This document shows, piece after piece, positions 1 to 7,800 of a stretch of DNA of 24,000 nucleotides; the first letter of the stretch is position 1, and each line of letters begins with the position of its first letter. The translations under genes and the position numbers were made by a program. The notes under the pieces are model-generated. The model saw only the letters and a list, made by a program, of their open reading frames with translations, was not told where the DNA came from and did not search any database. Source of the DNA: a bacterium HR08 (GTDB taxonomy: Bacteria; Acidobacteriota; Blastocatellia; HR10); assembly GCA_002898775.1 (NCBI GenBank), contig BEHK01000018.1, positions 7,615 through 31,614 of the forward strand. Direction: 5' to 3'.

Positions 1-333
1 CTCGTCTTCGGGACGATGCGTGACAAGCGAATCGCCGAGATGGCTGCGGAATTATTCCCCCTGGCGGATGCCGTCATCCTGACGCGTGTGCCGGACGAGC
101 GCGCGGCGTCGTTGGAACAACTTCTGGAGCAGACGGCTGCGCTGCGCCAGCCGCTCGGTCGTCCGATTGAGGCGATTGAGCCTGTAGGGGCGGCTCTCGA
201 CCGCGCGTGGGAGCGAACGCCGTCATCGGGCATGATCTGTGTGACCGGCTCGCTCTATTTGGTCGGCGAGGTCAAGCGCTGGCTCGCGAGGTCCGGACGC
301 GAGGCGGGCCTTTCTGCATCCGAGGGAGGATGA
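1..333 (+). CDS. folC: Folylpolyglutamate synthase / dihydrofolate synthase (Mur-ligase family), C-terminal fragment; 5' end lies outside the window
   Basis: Frame 1 is open from base 1 (LVFGTMRDKR...). The ending ...MICVTGSLYLVGEVKRWL is typical of the FolC/Mur-ligase C-terminal domain. Stop TGA at 331-333 overlaps the next start (ATGA). Confidence 0.8.
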   Translation, partial: LVFGTMRDKRIAEMAAELFPLADAVILTRVPDERAASLEQLLEQTAALRQPLGRPIEAIEPVGAALDRAWERTPSSGMICVTGSLYLVGEVKRWLARSGREAGLSASEGG

Positions 334-1274
334 TCAAACCGCCGGTCTTGCGCCCGGGAGATCTGATCGGCATCGTCGCTCCGGCGAGCGACGTCCGACC
401 GGAGCGGCTCGCCGCCGGCGCGCGGGAATTGGAACGTCTGGGGTTTCGCGTGACGTATGCTCCCTCGATCTTCGCTCGCCAGATGTACCTGGCCGGCTCC
501 GATACGCGGCGCGCCGAGGAGCTGATGGCGATGTTCGACGATCCCGACGTGAAAGCCATCTTCGCCGCGCGAGGGGGGTATGGATCCGTCCGTCTCCTGC
601 CGTATCTGGATGAGGAGAGGCTGCGAGCGCATCCGAAGATCTTCATGGGCTACAGCGACATCACGACCCTGCTCGTCTATTTCCAACAGCGATTCCGGTG
701 GGTTGTCTTTCATGGCCCGATGGTCGCGCGTGAGTTCGCCGATGGGCCGGGGCACTACGATGAGGAGTTACTCCGGCGCACGCTCATGCGCGCCGAGCCC
801 ATCGGGGAGATTGATACGTCCGGGGCCGCCGTACTCTCCCCCGGCGTGGCGAGGGGCCGATTGACCGGAGGGTGCTTGTCGCTGCTCGTGAGCACGCTGG
901 GCACGCCCTATGAGTTCGACGCGACCGATGCGATCCTCTTCCTGGAAGACTACGCCGCGAAGCCCTATCAGGTGGATCGCATGCTCACGCAGCTTCGAGA
1001 CTCCGGGAAACTTCGCACCGTGCGAGGCCTCATCTTCGGCGAGATGACCGAATGCGTGCAACATCCACATCAGGACTATACCCTCGTGGAGGTCATCCGA
1101 GATCGTCTCGCCGATTTGGGCGTCCCGATTCTCTTCGGCGTGCGCTCCGGCCATAGTGATAACCGGAATCAGGTCCTCCCGTTTGGCGTTCGCGCGACGT
1201 TGGATGGCGATCGAGCGAAGCTCATCATCGAGGAAGCGGCCACGAGCGAGTCCGCGACGGGAGGCTCGGAGTGA
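330..1274 (+). CDS. ldcA: LD-carboxypeptidase (muramoyltetrapeptide carboxypeptidase, peptidase S66 family)
   Basis: ATG at 330 directly follows purine-rich GAGGGAGG and overlaps the folC stop. The N-terminus MIKPPVLRPGDLIGIVAPAS, the GYSDITTL nucleophile motif and the C-terminal SGHS region match the S66 pattern. The 207-329 extension in the ORF track is Arg/Gly-rich and overlaps folC. Confidence 0.85.
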   Translation: MIKPPVLRPGDLIGIVAPASDVRPERLAAGARELERLGFRVTYAPSIFARQMYLAGSDTRRAEELMAMFDDPDVKAIFAARGGYGSVRLLPYLDEERLRAHPKIFMGYSDITTLLVYFQQRFRWVVFHGPMVAREFADGPGHYDEELLRRTLMRAEPIGEIDTSGAAVLSPGVARGRLTGGCLSLLVSTLGTPYEFDATDAILFLEDYAAKPYQVDRMLTQLRDSGKLRTVRGLIFGEMTECVQHPHQDYTLVEVIRDRLADLGVPILFGVRSGHSDNRNQVLPFGVRATLDGDRAKLIIEEAATSESATGGSE

Positions 1275-1286
1275 GCGCGTAGCGGA

Positions 1287-2711
1287 TCATTCATACGCGC
1301 GCGCGATGTGGGCAGGGGCGTAGTAGTGGGCGAGGATCTGCTGGCAGGTGCGTCCCTGCCGGGCCATGACGGCGGCACCGATCTGGCATAGGCCGACGCC
1401 GTGTCCCCATCCCGCACCACGGAGGCGAAAGCGTCGAGGCACGCCGGCGCGTATGTCCTCGGGGAAGATGACGAAGGCTGAGCTGTAGAGATGCGTCCTG
1501 GAGAGCGCGCGTCGAATCATAAGCTCCTTGCCGAGGATCACGCGCTCTCGCTCCCCGACGATGCGAAGTCGCACGAGGCGTCCCGAGGAGCCTCGCTGCA
1601 AAGGCTCCAGTCGTCGAATGGCGCCGAGGTCCAGACCAAGCCGCGCCTGAAGGAGCGCTTGAAGCTCCTCCTGGCTGATGGTGTGCTCCCATCGGAAGAA
1701 GTCGCGCGTCGGTCGGTCCACCTCAGGGAGCGCACCCTCGAGCGCGCGCGCGTCGGTCGTGTGGCAATACGCAGGAGGAGTGCCCGTGATCCACGTGACG
1801 GCGTGCGCTTCGACCGTAAGGGGACGGGGGAAGTTCGGGGGCCATTCCGCTCCATCGAACCGCCCACCTCGCAGGTAGGGCACGTCACGATCCTCCCAGG
1901 CGCTCCGGTACTCCTCCGTCGCGCCCCCGCAGCATTTCGAGAAGCGCGCGTCCCCGATCTGCCCATGGAAGAGCAGAACCCATCCACGCGTCTCCATGAC
2001 GGCCCTCACCACGTCGCTGGTCCCGAGGGGCGCCAGACCGTAATAGCGTTGACAATGATCGTCGGCGCACACGTCGAACTCGCGATGAGTCGTCCGATCC
2101 GTCCAGTGGAGGATCTCGATCTCGCCCGTTGCGGTCTCCCGCGGCTCGGGTGAGGGCGCCGATGCCACATCCTCGATGCGACGCGTCAGATTCGCCAGCA
2201 GCCAGCTCCGCGAGATGATGGCGTGCGCTTTGAGAAATTCCCAAGGAGCGTGGGCGCTCATCTCCGAAGCGACGACGCTGGCGAGATAGGTCTCGACAGG
2301 CAGCGCGTTGATGACCATCAGTCGCGGCGCGGCGTCCGGCGCGGAAGGGGAGAGGCGAATCGCCAGCGTCCCCGCATACCGATGCGCTTCCCTTCGCTCC
2401 CAGTGGAACCCTTTTCCCACGGGGACATCGCAGAGCGCGAATGCGGTCGTCGCCGGGTTCGCCGGGATGAGGACGAGCGTCGGTGCGATCTCCACAAGGC
2501 GTTGCTGGGCATCGCGGATCTCGAGACCAGCGGGATGAAGGCGTGGGATCGCTCGATATTCGCCCGGCGGGAAGGCCTTCCCCTCAGGCGTTCGGAATTC
2601 GCCCTCCAACGTGAAGTCTGCCCGCTCGACGTCGGTCAGAAGGCCGACGGAGATCGAAGGCTCGGTTGGGAAGAGAAGCCTTTCTTCCGAAGCCGCAGCT
2701 CGCTCGCGCAT
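1287..2711 (-). CDS. SpoIID/LytB-domain protein (peptidoglycan lytic transglycosylase / amidase-enhancer family)
   Basis: 474-aa ORF. The C-terminal GAGWGHGVGLCQIGAAVMARQG and the central FHGQIGDARFSKCCGGATE are hallmark SpoIID/LytB motifs. Confidence 0.85.
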   Translation of the reverse strand: MRERAAASEERLLFPTEPSISVGLLTDVERADFTLEGEFRTPEGKAFPPGEYRAIPRLHPAGLEIRDAQQRLVEIAPTLVLIPANPATTAFALCDVPVGKGFHWERREAHRYAGTLAIRLSPSAPDAAPRLMVINALPVETYLASVVASEMSAHAPWEFLKAHAIISRSWLLANLTRRIEDVASAPSPEPRETATGEIEILHWTDRTTHREFDVCADDHCQRYYGLAPLGTSDVVRAVMETRGWVLLFHGQIGDARFSKCCGGATEEYRSAWEDRDVPYLRGGRFDGAEWPPNFPRPLTVEAHAVTWITGTPPAYCHTTDARALEGALPEVDRPTRDFFRWEHTISQEELQALLQARLGLDLGAIRRLEPLQRGSSGRLVRLRIVGERERVILGKELMIRRALSRTHLYSSAFVIFPEDIRAGVPRRFRLRGAGWGHGVGLCQIGAAVMARQGRTCQQILAHYYAPAHIARAYE

Positions 2712-2729
2712 GTCACCGAAGGGAGGGGG

Positions 2730-2769
2730 CGAAGCCCGAGAGGCGGTCGGCTCGCCGCATCGGGCTTCG
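2730..2769 (-). terminator. Perfect 10-bp stem hairpin (CGAAGCCCGA, 20-nt loop, TCGGGCTTCG) 13 nt downstream of the tpx stop; possible terminator or processing site
   Basis: Inverted repeat read directly at 2730-2739 and 2760-2769. There is no U-tract, so it is not a canonical intrinsic terminator. Confidence 0.35.
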
Positions 2770-2781
2770 AGCCCACGCGTG

Positions 2782-3303
<522 letters not shown>

Positions 3304-3333
3304 AGCTCATCCTCCTTGATCGGTTGTAGAAAA

Positions 3334-3346
3334 GGGCAATTTTACC
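3334..3346 (-). promoter_or_regulatory. Left arm of a 13-bp inverted repeat; read on the minus strand it is GGTAAAATTGCCC with an extended -10-like TGGTAAAAT, 30 nt upstream of the tpx ATG
   Basis: Exact reverse complement of 3527-3539. It contains a TAAAAT hexamer preceded by TGG. Confidence 0.5.
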
Positions 3347-3506
3347 AGCCCGATCGCATGACGGGAAGCCACGCGGTGCGATCGCAGAACTCCCCTCACC
3401 CCATGGCGGCCTATGGAAGATGGCCGTCTGCTGCAACACAGGCGAGGTCTCCGAAACTCGAAGTCGAAGGATTAGGAACCCCCCCTCTGGCGACAGCGCT
3501 TTGGCC

Positions 3507-3539
3507 TTGACACGCCGTGGGGAGGGGGTAAAATTGCCC
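3507..3539 (+). promoter_or_regulatory. Sigma70-type promoter TTGACA-N16-TAAAAT for the Cys-rich secreted protein gene, including the right arm (3527-3539, GGTAAAATTGCCC) of the 13-bp inverted repeat
   Basis: TTGACA at 3507-3512 and TAAAAT at 3529-3534. AAGGAGG at 3544-3550 precedes the ATG at 3559. Confidence 0.6.
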
Positions 3540-3558
3540 CTGAAAGGAGGTGAGAGCG

Positions 3559-4089
3559 ATGAGGATTCCGTGGGTTTTCCTCTGGGGACTCCTGGCTCTC
3601 CTTCTGGTTCCTCCTGCTCCTTCGCACCTCGCTTTGGAGACAGATGGGGAGGAAGGGAGCTTTGGTGTTCACATTCTCCTATCCGGGCGAGAGGCGTTAC
3701 TCATCCCGGCGTCGGGGAGAATATTTGGCGTTGTCCGCGTATCGGGCCGGGAGAATCTCTCGGCGCTCAAGGTCGTTCCCGAGGTCAACGGGGATACCGT
3801 GACGATTCGCCTCTCTCCGCTCTTCACTCGGATCGAAGAAGCATTGACCTGCGAGCAGCTCTGGCAGTTTCATTCGGAGCCGACGGTGACGATCTCCGGG
3901 CGAGTGGGGGACACGCTTCGCGTCTCCGGCTTCGAGCGTTTCGCTCTTCCCGAGCTAGACGTGCGAATCGTCCCATTGAACGGAGCGAGCCTCCAGGATT
4001 GCTGCGAATGTGGGAAGTTGGTGTGTTGCCCGAACTCGGGACAGTGTTTAGGCTGTGGGGGCTACGGACAGTGCTGCCGTCGCCCGTGA
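3559..4089 (+). CDS. Hypothetical secreted protein with a Cys-rich C-terminal tail (9 Cys in the last 30 residues)
   Basis: ATG at 3559 lies 8 nt after AAGGAGG. The N-terminus MRIPWVFLWGLLALLLVPPAPSHLA looks like a Sec signal peptide. The tail is DCCECGKLVCCPNSGQCLGCGGYGQCCRRP (4000-4086). A strong promoter lies upstream. I recognise no family. Confidence 0.7.
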   Translation: MRIPWVFLWGLLALLLVPPAPSHLALETDGEEGSFGVHILLSGREALLIPASGRIFGVVRVSGRENLSALKVVPEVNGDTVTIRLSPLFTRIEEALTCEQLWQFHSEPTVTISGRVGDTLRVSGFERFALPELDVRIVPLNGASLQDCCECGKLVCCPNSGQCLGCGGYGQCCRRP

Positions 4090-4112
4090 CCTGTGTTTTG
4101 GAGATTCTCGCC

Positions 4113-4655
4113 TCAGGCAACTTGCGCTCGCGGGTGATCGAATCCCGATCGGAATGGGACGGGCACAATTCTCCTGAGTCGCGAAAGGAGCGATCCAGAC
4201 ATGTGGTCGTGCGCCCCATTCACCAAGTGCCACTTCGGTTGCAGTGTGCGCCAGCCGGCGACCGGGGAGGTGTAGGCGAGCGCTTTTGACATTCCCCTGT
4301 TTCGCGTCAGACCCGTGTGAACGGGCGATTGAATCTCGCCCGGGGTGAGCCGAAAGTGAGCTCCAGGATAGGCCGAATTCATCGCCCGCAAGTCCTCGAA
4401 GGGAGGTGATCCGTCCGCGTGGTTCCGCACGTCGTTCATTCTCATGACGCCACTGCCGTTCGCCTCCATGTGGGCCGCCCCCTCCCGCGAGCTTTGGGAA
4501 ATTGATGGTGGGACCTCGTCGCTCACCCCAAGCTGGAGGTAGTCCTGAATTTCTTTGGGGGTGAGGGCCGCGCCTCCATCCCTGGAGTCCCGCTCGGATG
4601 TCTCCCGGACGTGCGGATAGTCGCCGTTGACAGAGATGGGACTCGGATATACCAT
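4113..4655 (-). CDS. Hypothetical protein (orphan ORF, weak call)
   Basis: Open frame with ATG at 4655 (MVYPSPISVNGDYPH...). Third-position GC is roughly 70% by eye, lower than the neighbours. No convincing RBS, no recognisable motif, signal peptide or TM segment. The longer 4775 start would run through the 4661-4690 hairpin. Confidence 0.3.
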   Translation of the reverse strand: MVYPSPISVNGDYPHVRETSERDSRDGGAALTPKEIQDYLQLGVSDEVPPSISQSSREGAAHMEANGSGVMRMNDVRNHADGSPPFEDLRAMNSAYPGAHFRLTPGEIQSPVHTGLTRNRGMSKALAYTSPVAGWRTLQPKWHLVNGAHDHMSGSLLSRLRRIVPVPFRSGFDHPRAQVA

Positions 4656-4660
4656 AGCCT

Positions 4661-4690
4661 CGTCGCGTGAAGGGTTCTCTTCACGCGATG
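4661..4690. promoter_or_regulatory. Strong hairpin or palindromic site: CGCGTGAAG, loop GGTTCT, CTTCACGCG (9 perfect bp, extendable to 12 with one G-U) in the divergent region between the orphan ORF and the giant secreted-protein gene
   Basis: Read directly: 4664-4672 pairs with 4679-4687. It lies 9 nt upstream of the minus-strand ATG at 4655 and about 130 nt upstream of the plus-strand ATG at 4818. Confidence 0.45.
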
Positions 4691-4817
4691 GGTGAAAAAG
4701 GAGCGAACGGCGTGATTCAGAGCGCGACGCGAGGGAAGACGTCAGTGAGGCGATTTCATCTGGTCGGCATCCCACGCGATCCTGGAGGTTCCGTGGAGGC
4801 TGTGGAGAGGAGGAGCT

Positions 4818-7800
4818 ATGAGGCGCTTGAGACTGATCGGCATGGGAGCGGTCGTTGTCAGTGTGGTGCTTTCATTCATCTCGCGGGAGAGCACGGCGGG
4901 ATCCCACCGCGCATCGTCTTTGGAAGTGGGGGACTCATCCTTCCTTCGCCTTGATCCCCGCGCTCGGCCTCGGGTGAATTTTCGCCTCGTGGAGGAAGGG
5001 GTACTCACCGCACAGGGGGATGGGTGTTCGGGAGACGTTTCGCTCCTTAGTGTGATCTTCGATGAAGAACGTCGCGCCTGGCCACAAGGAGCGGCGCTCG
5101 GGGATTTCAACAGAGATGGGGTGACCGATCTCTTCCTCTTTGAGCGAGGGGAGGGGCGGGCCGTTCTGGCGGTGCGGTTGTCGTCGGCGGGGGGGCGGTT
5201 TTGTCCGGGATGGGCGTTTGATCTCGGATCGGGCGAACCTATTGGGCTCACCGTTGAGGATGTCACAGGGGACGGGCATTCAGATATCGTGATCGCACTG
5301 GCCGATCCCTCGCGCCTCGTCCTTCTGGTTGGAAATGGACGCGGCGGGATCGCCGATCGGAGGGAGATCGCGCTGGAGGAATCGGTGCGGGCGATCGCCG
5401 TCGGAGATGTCACCGGCGACGGGCGGAACGATCTGATTCTGGCGCTCGCTTCGCCGATGCGCGTGGCGCTTCTGGCCGGGCGTGATGATGGACGCTTCGA
5501 GCGCGCGGATGTGCTCCGGGTGGAGGGGGAGGGAGGTCGTGCGGAGCCCGTGAGGCTGCGTGTGGCCGATCTCGATCGAGACGGACACGCCGACGTTGTC
5601 CTCGCTTCGAGCCTGGGGCTCATCTGGGCGCGCGGAGCTGTGGGGGGATTCTCGCCGCCGACGGTCCTGCCGCTGGAGGCGATGCCGACCGATCTCGTCC
5701 TGGAGGATCTTGATGGAGATGGGCGCGCCGACGTGGTCCTCAGCGATAGCGCCGGAGCGGTGCAGCTCTTTCGTGGAACGATGAAAGGATTCGTTCCGCA
5801 CGGGCGATGGTTCGTCGGAGGGCCAATATCGGCGCTTGCTGCCGGCCACTTCGATGCCGACGGATATCGGGATATGGCTGTGGCGCTCGCCGATCGTGGG
5901 CGCATCGTCCTGCTGATGGGCGAGGGCGGGGGCGGATTTGGAGAGGCGTTCCATCTGGATGTGCGCGATCCGGTGGCGGTGCTCTTGTCGGCGCGGATGA
6001 ATCGGGATGCGCTCGACGATCTGCTCATTGGCGAGCGGCGCCCAGGGGGATGGCTCCTGGCGGTCACGGAGGCCCCGCGCATTGTGGTGACGACGACAGC
6101 CGATACGATCCTGGAGGATGGTCGCGTCTCGTTGCGCGAAGCGATTCTCGCCGCTAACGGCGTGCCGCCCAATCGGGATGTCGCGGGACAGCGAGGGGGG
6201 CCCGATGTGATCGCCTTCAATATTCCGGAATCCGAGCGCCGGGATGGTGTCTTCACGATCGAAGTGGATGGCGCATTAGGCCCGCTGCCTCGATTGGTGG
6301 ATGGAGGGACGACGATTGATGGGACGACGCAACCGGGATGGAGCGGTCGGCCCATCATCGTGCTCAGCGGGCGGCGAGCCGGTCTGGCCGATGGGCTCGT
6401 GATCACCTCCTCGCTCAACGTCATTGCCGGATTGGTCATCAACGGGTTTGAAGGGAGCGGCGTGAAGATCATCGTAGATCCGCCGGAGTCGGGCACGGCG
6501 ACGGGGAACATCGTGCGTGGATGCTATATCGGCACGGATCCCACGGGACAACGCAGTGTGGGCAACGGTCTCTACGGCGTGCTGATCACGCGGAACCGCA
6601 CGCAGGCGAATCTCATCGGAGGCACGACGCCGGCCGATCGGAACGTCATCTCGGGTAATCGCGGCAACGGGATCGAGCTGGACTTCCCCACATTCGGGAA
6701 TTTCGTCTTGGGAAATTACATCGGGACGACGGCCGATGGGTTGAGCGCGTTGCCTAATGGTGGAGCAGGGATTTTCATCAGCGGGGCGCGAGATAACGTG
6801 ATCGGCGGACGCGAGCCGGGAGCGGGGAATGTGATCTCGGGGAATTCTGGAAGCGGGATTCAAATCGTCGGCACCTTCGGGAATCAAGTCCAAGGGAATT
6901 GGATCGGCACCGATCGGACCGGGACGCGAGCGCTGCCGAACGGAGGAGATGGGGTGGCGCTCGTCGGGGGGGCACATGGGACTCTCATCGGAGGGACTGC
7001 CGAGGCGGCGCGCAACGTGATCTCCGGCAATGCGCAATATGGCGTTCGTCTGGCGGATGCCTTCTCGAATCAGATCGCGGGGAACATCCTCGGTCTGGAT
7101 TCGACGGGGACGCGAGCTGTGCCCAATGGCGCCAGTGGGATTTTGGTGACGGCGGGCGCGCGGGATAACCTCATCGGAGGGCTCGAGGCCTCCAGCGGCA
7201 ACATCATTGCTGGGAATGCGGGCGATGGAATCACGCTCGCGCGCGGGGCGAGCAACAATCACATTGTGGGGAACCTCATTGGGACGGCGGATCGCGAGGG
7301 AACGCGCCGTCTGCCCAATGGGGGGAACGGGATCGCCATCCTCGGCGCGCGGGATACGACCATAGGGGGGGCGACGCTCACGGCGGCGAATACGATCGCC
7401 TATAACGCTCGGGCGGGCATCGTGATTCTGGATGGGGAAGAGACGCCGAGCCGAGGGAATCGCATCGGCTGCAACGCCTTTTTCAGCAATGAGGGATTGG
7501 GCATTGATCTCGGCGGTGATGGGGTGACGCCCAACGATGTGGGGGACACCGATGATGGGCCGAATGCCCTCATGAATTTCCCGGTCGTGCGCGAGGTGCG
7601 CGAGATGTCCGGCGGCGTCCTCCTGCGAGGGCGTATAGATACGATCAATCCGGCGGCGGCGCGGGTGGACGTTTACATAGCCGATCCTGATCCTACGGGT
7701 TTTGGAGAAGGGCGGAGGTGCGCGGCTCAAGGGATCGCGCCGAACCCGGACGGGACGTTCGAAGTCTTCCTTCCGGGGCTCTCGGTTCGGGATCCGGTGA

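Noticed and set aside
207-329. N-terminal extensions proposed by the longest-ORF track. These are 207-329 for ldcA, 13747-14004 for rtcA, 12768-12785 for queC, 15141-15167 for usp, 18893-18913 for rpsT, 19275-19292 for pgk and 3550-3558 for the Cys-rich ORF.
   Set aside because: Internal ATGs preceded by GGAGG-type RBSs align with the conserved family N-termini. The extensions use TTG/GTG starts, overlap upstream genes or are Arg-rich nonsense.
3559-4089. Cys-rich ORF as a RiPP (ranthipeptide/SCIFF-like) precursor
   Set aside because: It has a Sec-type signal peptide and a ~140-aa body rather than a short leader. No radical-SAM or other maturase, protease or exporter gene is adjacent.
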